Assembly: GCA_000092065.1 (NCBI GenBank)
Contig: CP000584.1
From: Ostreococcus lucimarinus
Lineage: Eukaryota
Direction: 5' to 3' (one strand)
DNA: 64,000 nucleotides
Shown here: positions 29,052 to 38,486 of the stretch, piece by piece
How positions within the stretch are numbered: position 1 is the stretch's first letter
How the letters are laid out: every line of letters begins with the position of its first letter
Notes under the pieces: generated by a model
What the model saw: the letters and a program-made list of their open reading frames with translations, nothing else
Database searches by the model: none
What the model was told of the DNA's origin: nothing
Position numbers and translations under genes: made by a program

Positions 29052-31682
29052 ATGCGACTCCTCGACGGGTCGCCCTCGGCCCAATACGTCGTTTCACGCG
29101 AGCTCGTCGTTATGCTCGACGCGCCGCGCGCGGGCGTGCCTCGGCGCGTGCGCGAGCGATTCGAAAGTGCGAGCGAGACACATCCATCATCCAACGACGA
29201 ACGACGAGCGGTGTCGAACGAGCGCGACGTTGAGGTAGGCTGCGAGTCAAGATACGAACAGCCTTTTCTGACGACGCGACTCCATGAAACTGACGTGACT
29301 AACGACGTGACTGACGACGTGACTGACGACGCCTCGTCGCGTGAGCTGCAGATCGCTCGAGCATTTCTCGACGCACGGTTGAACGGTGAGCACGAATACG
29401 AAGGCTTTGAAGCGCTACTGTGCGACGAATCCGTGATCTCTCTGACGACGCGACTTCTCGCGCGCGTCGAAGAGCGCGGCGAAGCCAAATTTCCAGCGAA
29501 AATGGTTCTGAGCGCGTACATGATTTGCTACCACGCCGATGTGGTCCTCGGTGGTTCGAACGCGAAGGAGGTACCGTGCGAAGAAACGTCGCTCATTGAT
29601 TCATCCAAGGCGTTGGTTAACGCGTTCGACGCGCTCGCACTCACGATGTCGCGCTCGGGCACGTTCACAGCCACCATCACGAACGCGTTCGAGCGCGCTT
29701 GGCACACGTGGACTGCAGATTTCAAAATTTGGAAATCGAAAGACGCGTTTAGTTTGACCCAAGAGCTCATACGAATCGGTGTTGCGATGGAGTCTTCGAT
29801 GATTCGTGTGTGCGGCGCTCGCGGCGCGCTCGATTCCACAGTCGATCTCGGTGAAGAACGCAACGCGATACGCTCCGCACAATCGCACGATCGCGCGCTT
29901 CTAAGAGAGAAAGTCTTCACGCTTTCGGGTAAAAGCGCAGTCGACGAGTTCGATGCGATGATTACAAGAGTTCGAGCCGCGGGCTTAAGCGACGAAGAGT
30001 CAGCGAGGGCAAAGGATACTCGCACGGATCGGCTCGACGAACGTCGGCGTAAACGGGAAGCCACGAGCGCTCAAATCGCCGCTGCGATCGAAAAGGACAA
30101 AGAACGCGCTCGTCAGCAGATGGCTGGTGAAGAAAACGTTGTTTCGAACTTTGTCGAAATGCAAAAGGATCAGATTTTACACGAATTAATGCTGGACCCC
30201 GAGTGGAAGCTCAGAGCGCCACCAAAGTCACCCGTTGAGGACGATCCCGTACGCGAGCAGGTCGTACAAATCATGAAGAAGGCGTTCTGGGACATGGTGT
30301 ACGAATCACTTGTTCATGATACGATCGACACATCTATCGTTCGCGCTCGAATTTTCGAATGGAAAGACGCCATCATCGACGACACTTTGATTTTGGATCG
30401 CCAGACGACGGAGAGCTTGGAACTGATCCAAAATTCACTCAGCCTCATCGACGTCAACTATCTTGAAGCGAGCATCTTGCGCATGGAAAGCACACCTACA
30501 GACACATCAGAAGCTTTGCGAACCTCGCTCGATCATGGTTACACGGCTCTCAATGCGCTCGCGAATGGTTCCGTGAAGGACGATCTTAGCGCTGCGTTTG
30601 ACAATCTGACGCGAGAACTCGAGACGGCGACGAACGCGGACAAATTCACTTTATCTCGAGCGATTGCTGATGCTTTGGCGTTCTTGTTTGATTTTCGCGA
30701 GCGTATACACCAATCGATGAGCCTTGAAGCAGCCAACGAGGCGATTGATGCACTCCGCGAGACGCTCGCGGTGATGCCAGATGGCATCGAGTACGCGACA
30801 ACGCGCTTCTTGCATCGATTTGATGTGAAAGTCGGGGAGACCGAACTCGCACTTGCGTTTCCTCGCACGTGTGCTTGGCTTGAAAGCGTCGTCGAAGAGC
30901 TTCCGACGCTCGATGCGACATTTGCACCTCTTCTCGATTCTCTCAATGTCGACCGCTGGCGAGGCGTGCGTCTGAGGAGCGGTTTCGAGACTCGAGCCGA
31001 GGGCGCGCAAAAGACTTCTTCGGAAGTAATCAGTTCAACTTTACATCCGACCCGGGTCATGTCTGTGAATGGTGTTTGTCGTGTCGCCTTTGCACGATTG
31101 GTTACCAATCCCAACGCCATGATTCAAGACTTTATCCCGGAAACGCTTGAAAACGACGTGCAACGCATCGATTACTTTTGCCGTGAGTTTCAGAACATTC
31201 AAACGCTTGCCGCTTGTTTGATGCTCTCCACGCAACTCTGTCGCTTAGAGGTTTTCGTGGATGTGGACGCGCTCATCGATCGAGTCGCGGTTCTGCTCTC
31301 TTCGGAACGAGACCTACCGGCGATGTCTCGCGTCGCCGAGGTCCTCTCCGCGACGCTCCCGACGTCCGACGGCGCCCAAACCATCACCAACATGCTTCGC
31401 AAGCTCACGGGTTCCGACGATTGCGCCAATCCGATGTCTGTCGCCATCATCAAGGCCATACGATCCGCGCTCACGATTCGTCTCCTTCACGGCTTCGAAG
31501 GCGAAGCCGTTGATAGGGCGTGCGACGCCCGGCTCGCCGCAGTCTTCGCGTCGCGTCTCCGTCCTCGCGTCGACGCCATCGCTCGCGACGCCGCGCGAGT
31601 GATCAATCTACACGCCACAGTGCGCGCGCCCGTGGTTTCGGCCTTAGTGAACGACTTGCTCGCCAGAGATGATGAAATTTAA
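29052..31682 (+). CDS. T-complex protein 11 (TCP11/Sok1) family protein
   Basis: ILHELMLDPEWKLRAPP...VVQIMKKAFWDMVYESL matches the TCP11 family core from memory. In-frame 12-bp tandem repeat (TDVTNDVTDDVTDD) at 29283-29335. Confidence 0.55.
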   Translation: MRLLDGSPSAQYVVSRELVVMLDAPRAGVPRRVRERFESASETHPSSNDERRAVSNERDVEVGCESRYEQPFLTTRLHETDVTNDVTDDVTDDASSRELQIARAFLDARLNGEHEYEGFEALLCDESVISLTTRLLARVEERGEAKFPAKMVLSAYMICYHADVVLGGSNAKEVPCEETSLIDSSKALVNAFDALALTMSRSGTFTATITNAFERAWHTWTADFKIWKSKDAFSLTQELIRIGVAMESSMIRVCGARGALDSTVDLGEERNAIRSAQSHDRALLREKVFTLSGKSAVDEFDAMITRVRAAGLSDEESARAKDTRTDRLDERRRKREATSAQIAAAIEKDKERARQQMAGEENVVSNFVEMQKDQILHELMLDPEWKLRAPPKSPVEDDPVREQVVQIMKKAFWDMVYESLVHDTIDTSIVRARIFEWKDAIIDDTLILDRQTTESLELIQNSLSLIDVNYLEASILRMESTPTDTSEALRTSLDHGYTALNALANGSVKDDLSAAFDNLTRELETATNADKFTLSRAIADALAFLFDFRERIHQSMSLEAANEAIDALRETLAVMPDGIEYATTRFLHRFDVKVGETELALAFPRTCAWLESVVEELPTLDATFAPLLDSLNVDRWRGVRLRSGFETRAEGAQKTSSEVISSTLHPTRVMSVNGVCRVAFARLVTNPNAMIQDFIPETLENDVQRIDYFCREFQNIQTLAACLMLSTQLCRLEVFVDVDALIDRVAVLLSSERDLPAMSRVAEVLSATLPTSDGAQTITNMLRKLTGSDDCANPMSVAIIKAIRSALTIRLLHGFEGEAVDRACDARLAAVFASRLRPRVDAIARDAARVINLHATVRAPVVSALVNDLLARDDEI

Positions 31683-31729
31683 CGCTCTTCTTCGCGAATC
31701 AGAGGCACCCGGCGCTTGAAGAATCTTCA

Positions 31730-34700
31730 ATGAAGATGAACCGCTTTTCCGTTGCCCACGCGTCAGAATTCTGCATTCAGCGACTCGCGCGGCGAGCACG
31801 CCGCGCTCGAAACGCCGCCAAGTTGTCGCAGGAGAACAACGATGTGTGCGCGCGCGACGAATCCACCGTCGCGCGCGACGAAGCGCGCCAAGGCCTGCTG
31901 TCGCTCGCGCGCGTCGCGAGTCGACGCGTCGATCGCTCGTTACGACGCATGCGCGCGTCAATCAGTCGTAGACGCTCCAACAAAGGAACGGATGGCGAAG
32001 CGTGCTTAGTTTTACACGGATGGCGAAGCAACGCCGACGTGAGCGCGCTGCATGCGCGAAGGTTGCGGCTTTTGAAGCGATTTAGAAAGGCGTCGTGCGT
32101 GAATGGCTCGGAGGAGGCGCCGCACGCGGCGGACGAGACGACGTCTGAATTAATCGATGGACCGTGGTTCTCCTGGGTCGACGACGCGAGTGATGATACG
32201 TTTGAAAATTTGGAAAGCGAGCGAGCGACGGCGTTAATGACGGCGGCGCGATCGGTGGCAAAGTTTGCCATCGAACACGGGCCGTTCAAGTGCGCGGTGG
32301 GATTTTCGCAAGGCGGCGCAATGATCACGTTGTTGTCCAACCCGCAGGTCTTAAGCATGCTGGGGATCGAAGGGGGCTATTTGTGGGACAGTGCGGTGAT
32401 TTGTTGCGGCGCGTCATCTTCATTGCTCGATCTCGCGGCGACGAAGTGGGGTATCGACGTGCGCTCGTCGGCGTCGCCGATGCCGTCGTTGCACGTGTTC
32501 GGTTTTCAAGACAAATTCAAACCACAAGGTGAAGTGCTCATGAATACGTTCCGTGCGTACGACAGCGAGGACCAATTGATCAGACACGCTCTGTATTTAG
32601 ACTGCGGTCACACGTTGCCGGCGTCGCTCGAGACGGACACTGGTTTTCACGCCGAATTCGACGCCTGGCTCGAGGCGGCGACCGAGGCGGCTCCCCGTCG
32701 TTACAGGTCAAACGAGTTCGATGAAGATGTTTTGTTCGACGACATCAAGTCGCTAGAGTATAAGTCGCTCAAGTTTAGTAATCAGCCCACCATCGAGCGC
32801 GCTGAGGCTGATATTGAGAGAGCAGAAGCGGAGGGCGCACGCGCCGCCCAAGCGACGACATTTGCTTCAGCCAGAACTCTCGCCCGAAACATCGATGTAA
32901 GCACCGCAACTGCGCCGAGCGGGAATGATCTCACGTTCAACACGCGCTGTGCGAGTTTGGTTCAGTGTAATGTGTCGCTAAAGTCAAGCAGAGTGAATAT
33001 TCTTGACTTTCTAGCGAGGGCGCCTCGAGCGTCTCCGCTTCTTCGAAGCTTGGACGGGGCAACATTGACGTACGGGCAAGCGATCGACTTCATAACAAAA
33101 GGGGACGGTGATTTACGTAAACTTGGGGCAGATTCGTCATCTGTTTTTGCGTATAATGTCCCTCCAGGCCCGGTCGGTGCGCTAGCTTTTCTCGCCGTCG
33201 CGTCGCAGTGCACCGCCGTCCCTTTGGACCCCGGCATCGCCGAGGAAGACGCCTACGAAGCCCTGACGTCGTGTCGAGTGTCAATGCTTGCGTTATTTCG
33301 AGGAACCGACACTGAAGCAATTGAAACGGCAGCTTCTCGAGCTCATATACCGATTAAATGGTTCGTGATGACGGAAGCTGATACTAAACTTGCCGGTTTG
33401 TACGCGCCGGAATCGTCTCAATCGTCAACGAGTGACGTCGCGCCGCTCGTACAATCGAGTGAAACGATCGGTCTTTTGCTTCGAACTTCTGGGACGACAT
33501 CCAAGTCAAAAGTTGTTCCGTTGGTTATCGGCGCGTTGACTTCAAACGGCGCTACGCTGGCGGCTTCTCTTGAACTCAAAGCTTCAGACGTTTGCATCAA
33601 CGCCATGCCTCTTTTTCACATCGGTGGCCTTTCGTGTTCCATCTTGGCGACGATCGCGGCGCACTCTTCTGTCATCTGCTGTCGTAAGTTTGACGCTCAA
33701 TCGTTTTATGACACCATTACGACGTCGCATGAAGTCAAACCGACGTGGTACTCAGCAATACCGACGATTCATTTGACAGTACTGCAATACGGTCAAGCTG
33801 TGGCTCGTGGCGCAAAGCCATCGCATGCTCTTCGTTTCATACGCTCTGGCGCGGCGGCGCTCAGCCATGCCGACGCAGAAAAGTTGCAACGATTTTGGGA
33901 CGTGCCGATAATACCGACGTATAGTATGAGTGAACAAATGCCGATCACTGGTAAAGGTGTCCACGTTCCGCTCGCCGAGCGTGCGGATACCGTGGGCCAG
34001 CCTCTCTGTTGTTCGTTTGCGCTCGTCGGTGATGGTCATTGCAGACTCACGGCACCTTTTGGACAGCAAGGTGAACTCGTCATCAGCGGTGATAACGTGA
34101 TGACGGCGTATCAAGATGCGGAAGAAGCTAACAATAAGACTTACTTCTACGTTGCCGATAAGCGTTACCTTCGCACTGGCGACATCGCAAAGATGGACCA
34201 CGATGGGTTTGTGTACTTGACTGGTCGTAGTAAGGAACTTATCAAGCGCGGGGGTGAGCAAGTGAGCCCATTAAAAGTCGAGGCTGTGCTCGTGCAGCAT
34301 CCATACGTGCGTGTTGCGGTAGTCTTCAGCGTTCCTTCGGCGCTTTGGGGAGAAGAAGTGGGCGCCGCGATCGTATTGACCGACGACTTTGATGGGCACG
34401 AAGACTCGGCGCTCTCTTCAATCAAGTCTTTCATGGGAACATCGAAAGAACTATCTCGATTTGAAATTCCTGTACACTGGAAATTTGTCGCTGACGAAGA
34501 TTTACCCAAAACATCGACGAAAAAGTATAAGCGTGCGGGTTTGGCCGAGATTTTAAACGTCGCGAAGAAAGTCGACGCGTGCACTTTGCGGCACTCTAAA
34601 AAGGTGACGACCCCGTCGCATGGTCTTGCAGGCTTGCGCTATTGTATGGCTGTAGGTGTGATGTTTAACCACATAGGTGCCATTTGGCAAGGCGAGGACG

Positions 34701-36391
34701 AACGTGATCCTTTGACGTATGGTCCAGCGTGGATGTCTGCCAAGGCGACGACGTTTTACTTTCCAGCGACAACTTTCTTTGTGCTGGGTGGCTTCACGCT
34801 CAGCGCCGCACTGAACGGCAAGGAAATCACAAAAGGAACATGGGGATCGTTCTATAATTCAAGGTTTCAAACACTCTTTCCTCTGTACTTGCTGTCTTTG
34901 TTTCTCGGTCTGATCAACGTCCTCGTGGTGTGTCGCCCGGAAACTTTTAGTAGCGAATTTAGCTGGCAACCACATAACGCAACGCTCACGCTCGACTCTG
35001 GGGCGTGGGCGCAATGCCAGACCGGTCCAGTGGAGATGCCCTACGGCGCTTGGCTCTTCATGACCCTCATCGTTTTCTCTTTCGGGTTGCAAACTTGGTT
35101 CCCGCTGTGGCTTCTCAGCTCGTGGTTCATGTACTACACGTGGTTCAACGGCGTTTACTATTTCATTATTCTCGTGTTTCCTTTCATGCACAACGCGCTC
35201 GCTCGCGTCAAAGGCGAATTCAAAGCCGTACTGAGATGGTTCATCGTTTACTGTGTCGGTACTCTTATCACCGCCGGGCTTTTGGGATTGTACTACGCCT
35301 TACCGGCGTGGGAAGAGCACGACGATGTCGCCAAAGTGAAGAGCTGGAAAGAAAATGTGCAGAACATCTACGCACTCAGCACAATGATGTTTCCGCCGTA
35401 TTGGGTGCCATGTGTCGGTACGGGTATGGCCGCATACTTTTGGTACGACGCCGTACGGCCAGTAGAGTCGCACAAGCGCGCGTTGTACGGCCACTGCGCC
35501 GATGTGCTCACGCTCGCATTTTTCGCCTTCCATCTCGCCCATTTCCTTGACATTGATTGGCCTTATCCGACCAACGTCACGGGCAAGATGTGGGAAGTTG
35601 TACCCGAAGAGCATCATCGCTGGGATACAGGCATCAATCGCTATGTATGGAGCGTCATGATCACTCGGTTGTATTCTCCGTTGATCGCCGTCTGGATCGC
35701 TCTGCTGTCGATACCGAAGGGCAGCCGAACGACTCGCCTTCTTGAATCAAACTTACTAAGCAAAGTGCTCGCCCCGACGAGTTATGGTTGCTTCTTGTTC
35801 CACCAGATCATTGGACAGTGGTATTGGTGGGCGACTCGTAATGGAAATGGCATCAAGACCGCAGACGTTGGCGACAAGACGTCGTGGATGTGGTGGGCGT
35901 ATCCGAAGGAATATTACTGGTTCTCGCCGCAGCCGTTACCTGTGGCGTGGTACGAGTTCTTCTTCATCGTCGGAATGACGACGTGCTTTTCGGCGGCGGT
36001 AGACAGGTGGCTCAATACTCCACTGACGGTGCTATGGATCAAGTTTATAACCTTCTTCCGGAATATTATATGGCCGAATTCGGCGAAGAGCGCGGAGACT
36101 TCGGGTAGCAGCGAGGAGTCGTCGCCTGAAGACGCGGTGATCAAAGCAGTCGCCGCGGTCACGGGCGTCGACGAACGAGTGTCTCTCGACGACTCCTTTG
36201 ATGAGATCGGTCTCGTTTCTGTCGGTCTGCCAGTGCTCGTGGGTATAATCAACGCCGGCGAACAATTCGCCGTCATCTCGGCTCAAGAAATAGCGACGTG
36301 CGCGAACCTTCGTGACGTCGTCAGAATAATCGCTTCCAAGCGTGAATCGGCTCGATCGAGTGTAGGGTTTGGAACTAGAAGCTCTCTGTAA
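31730..36391 (+). CDS. multidomain FSH1-type serine hydrolase + adenylation (AMP-binding) domain + family-3 membrane acyltransferase + phosphopantetheine carrier domain
   Basis: Hydrolase: LVLHGW..., GFSQGGA (GxSxG), ...DCGHTLP. A-domain: LLRTSGTTSKSKVVPL (A3), YLRTGD (A8), LTGRSKELIKRGGEQVSPLKVE, LPKTSTKKYKR (A10 Lys). AT3: GLRYCMAVGVMFNH.., FFVLGGFTLS, FYNSRFQTLFPLY, about 10 TM helices. Carrier: VSLDDSFDEIGLVSVG (Ser attachment site). TGTAA overlaps the TAA stop (36387-36391). Start may be ATG 31949. Confidence 0.75.
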   Translation: MKMNRFSVAHASEFCIQRLARRARRARNAAKLSQENNDVCARDESTVARDEARQGLLSLARVASRRVDRSLRRMRASISRRRSNKGTDGEACLVLHGWRSNADVSALHARRLRLLKRFRKASCVNGSEEAPHAADETTSELIDGPWFSWVDDASDDTFENLESERATALMTAARSVAKFAIEHGPFKCAVGFSQGGAMITLLSNPQVLSMLGIEGGYLWDSAVICCGASSSLLDLAATKWGIDVRSSASPMPSLHVFGFQDKFKPQGEVLMNTFRAYDSEDQLIRHALYLDCGHTLPASLETDTGFHAEFDAWLEAATEAAPRRYRSNEFDEDVLFDDIKSLEYKSLKFSNQPTIERAEADIERAEAEGARAAQATTFASARTLARNIDVSTATAPSGNDLTFNTRCASLVQCNVSLKSSRVNILDFLARAPRASPLLRSLDGATLTYGQAIDFITKGDGDLRKLGADSSSVFAYNVPPGPVGALAFLAVASQCTAVPLDPGIAEEDAYEALTSCRVSMLALFRGTDTEAIETAASRAHIPIKWFVMTEADTKLAGLYAPESSQSSTSDVAPLVQSSETIGLLLRTSGTTSKSKVVPLVIGALTSNGATLAASLELKASDVCINAMPLFHIGGLSCSILATIAAHSSVICCRKFDAQSFYDTITTSHEVKPTWYSAIPTIHLTVLQYGQAVARGAKPSHALRFIRSGAAALSHADAEKLQRFWDVPIIPTYSMSEQMPITGKGVHVPLAERADTVGQPLCCSFALVGDGHCRLTAPFGQQGELVISGDNVMTAYQDAEEANNKTYFYVADKRYLRTGDIAKMDHDGFVYLTGRSKELIKRGGEQVSPLKVEAVLVQHPYVRVAVVFSVPSALWGEEVGAAIVLTDDFDGHEDSALSSIKSFMGTSKELSRFEIPVHWKFVADEDLPKTSTKKYKRAGLAEILNVAKKVDACTLRHSKKVTTPSHGLAGLRYCMAVGVMFNHIGAIWQGEDERDPLTYGPAWMSAKATTFYFPATTFFVLGGFTLSAALNGKEITKGTWGSFYNSRFQTLFPLYLLSLFLGLINVLVVCRPETFSSEFSWQPHNATLTLDSGAWAQCQTGPVEMPYGAWLFMTLIVFSFGLQTWFPLWLLSSWFMYYTWFNGVYYFIILVFPFMHNALARVKGEFKAVLRWFIVYCVGTLITAGLLGLYYALPAWEEHDDVAKVKSWKENVQNIYALSTMMFPPYWVPCVGTGMAAYFWYDAVRPVESHKRALYGHCADVLTLAFFAFHLAHFLDIDWPYPTNVTGKMWEVVPEEHHRWDTGINRYVWSVMITRLYSPLIAVWIALLSIPKGSRTTRLLESNLLSKVLAPTSYGCFLFHQIIGQWYWWATRNGNGIKTADVGDKTSWMWWAYPKEYYWFSPQPLPVAWYEFFFIVGMTTCFSAAVDRWLNTPLTVLWIKFITFFRNIIWPNSAKSAETSGSSEESSPEDAVIKAVAAVTGVDERVSLDDSFDEIGLVSVGLPVLVGIINAGEQFAVISAQEIATCANLRDVVRIIASKRESARSSVGFGTRSSL

Positions 36392-36763
36392 TAAGTTATC
36401 ACACGCTAAGCATCATCGTCACTCAAACGACGACGAGTTGCGTATCCTCTCCTTGTGCTCGTGCGCCTCGCGTCCGAGGAAAACCTTTGCTCGACTGATT
36501 CAGTCACGTCACAACCCAGACGCCATGAACTCGATCAAGCGTGCGATCGCGCGCGTGCTGGCGTCAGACGAGTTACACTACGCCATCATCCCCGTCATCA
36601 TCATCGTCGGTATGAACACGACGCCGAAACCGAGCATTTTGTCGCTCTTGACGCCGATTTAGACGAGTGTAGAGATCTAGAGATTAGCAACGAACGAACG
36701 CATCGACCGCGACACGGATACGAGTGTAATGAAAACGAAGTGGTTTGTTACAAGTTGCGCGTT

Positions 36764-38398
36764 TTAGCTTCGCTCGCGCAGGCGTCGATCAAAGTCGGAG
36801 AGGTCGTAATCATCGCCGGCGCCCTCGTTGGACGTGTACACGGCGTCACCCACGACGCGCTGGGACGCAGCTGAGCTCGCGGCGGCGAGCTTGGCGGCTA
36901 AACGAGGCTCTGGACTCGCGATACGGCGAGCTGCGAGCAATCGAGAGTTATTGCGAGCATCGATTTCCCGGTTCTTGCCTTGGTTGCGGAAATAGCGCAA
37001 CAGCGGAACGACGAAGAATAATACGCCGTAGCTCAGTAAACCGGGGAGCAAGCCCGAGAAGGCGCGCGCCAACTCCACGTACTCTCGGGTGCGGTACATG
37101 ATTTGCGGGTCGTTAATCATCTGCGCCAAAATCACCACCCCCACTAAGTTCGCAACGCCGAGTAAACCCGCTTGAATCTTTTGCGACGGCTCGGCGAGCG
37201 AAAACACCCATCGCTCCTCTTGCGCCAACGCCTCACTTTCGCCTCTACTTCGCGCCGTTGTTTTTCCAGCGGTGGACTCCATGTTAGGAAATCGATAAAT
37301 GATCGATCCTGTGACGGTATTCACCTCTGGCGTGCCCTCGAAGCGGGTGAGCGCGGGCAAGACAAAGGACTCGTCTTCGTATCCCGCCGTGTCCAGAAAC
37401 GGCGCCAACTGCTCCGCCGTCACAACGCCCTTATTCTTTTGAATCAAGCGTCCAACCAACTCCCAACGCCGCTTTTCGAAATCCAAGTTCGGATCGCCGT
37501 CGCCGAAAACAAAACTGAAGACAGCCTCAAAAAAGTTCATCTCTCTGTCGCGTCTTCGCGGTCGGCGATAGTAGTACGGATCCCAATACCAAAACAAATC
37601 AAACGGCGAAATGTAAAAGCGCGGCCCAGCGAAGCCACCACCGCGCCGATCTGAACGATCGTCACTACTCTTGGCGCTCATGAGGGCGAAGATGGCGGTG
37701 TAGACAATCATCACGCTCGCCACGAGCGACGTTCCAAACGCCACGCGAAAAACGTACGAAGCTAAGCTTTTCGCCCCGCTCACGATCGGTTCGATCTTCA
37801 TCTTGAACGATTTCGAGCTCAAAATCCCTCGTGTCGACCTGGGAAACACGTATGTGAGATCGCCCGCGCTGGATACTTCCAAAGTCGCTCCTGTGTCCGC
37901 CGCCAGCGCGTTGAGCGCCTTTTGCGTCTCGAACACGCTCGCCCCCGAAATCGAGCTCACGTCCCCCACAGTGGCGCGATACTGCGCCTTCTCGATCGCT
38001 TTAAGTGTTTTTTCGCGCAATTCAGCGTTCAAATCATCGCTCTCCACGCGTCCTCCCGGGGCGACGGCGAGCTTGTCGTCCTCCGCGAGCGCGCTCTCGC
38101 GAGGCAGGTCCAACTCGACTCGATCGTCGTAGTCCCATCCTCCTCGCGCGCGCGTCGTCACCGCTCCATCGCGCGCGCGCGCGAAGCGCGTCTTTCGCGC
38201 GACGCGCCCGTCCTCAGCGCGCGTCGCCGCGTCGCTCGCCCGCGCGCGCGACCTCGTCGGCGTCATCTTGGACGACGCGCGAACGACGACGACGACGACG
38301 CGCGGCGACGACGACGACGCGCGCGCTCGAACGGCGCCGACCGCGAGCGGCGGCATCGCGCGCGAGTTGTGCGTCGTCGGCACCGCGGTGGCGCGCAT
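36764..38398 (-). CDS. conserved plastid/cyanobacterial-type membrane protein (At5g03900-like), with presequence
   Basis: ORF 36764..38497. N-terminal S/A/R-rich presequence, soluble domain (ATVGDVSSISGASVFETQKALNAL), FGDGDPN motif, and two TM regions flanking a domain containing VTAEQLAPFLD. Start is uncertain (38497, 38398 or 38356) because it overlaps the neighbour's start. Confidence 0.5.
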   Translation of the reverse strand: MRATAVPTTHNSRAMPPLAVGAVRARASSSSPRVVVVVVRASSKMTPTRSRARASDAATRAEDGRVARKTRFARARDGAVTTRARGGWDYDDRVELDLPRESALAEDDKLAVAPGGRVESDDLNAELREKTLKAIEKAQYRATVGDVSSISGASVFETQKALNALAADTGATLEVSSAGDLTYVFPRSTRGILSSKSFKMKIEPIVSGAKSLASYVFRVAFGTSLVASVMIVYTAIFALMSAKSSDDRSDRRGGGFAGPRFYISPFDLFWYWDPYYYRRPRRRDREMNFFEAVFSFVFGDGDPNLDFEKRRWELVGRLIQKNKGVVTAEQLAPFLDTAGYEDESFVLPALTRFEGTPEVNTVTGSIIYRFPNMESTAGKTTARSRGESEALAQEERWVFSLAEPSQKIQAGLLGVANLVGVVILAQMINDPQIMYRTREYVELARAFSGLLPGLLSYGVLFFVVPLLRYFRNQGKNREIDARNNSRLLAARRIASPEPRLAAKLAAASSAASQRVVGDAVYTSNEGAGDDYDLSDFDRRLRERS

Positions 38399-38486
38399 GT
38401 CGATCGAAGCGAAGGGCGCGTCGTGAGATGACGCGATGCGACGCGAAGGACGAGCGAGCGACAGTGCGAGACGCGCGACGCGCGCG

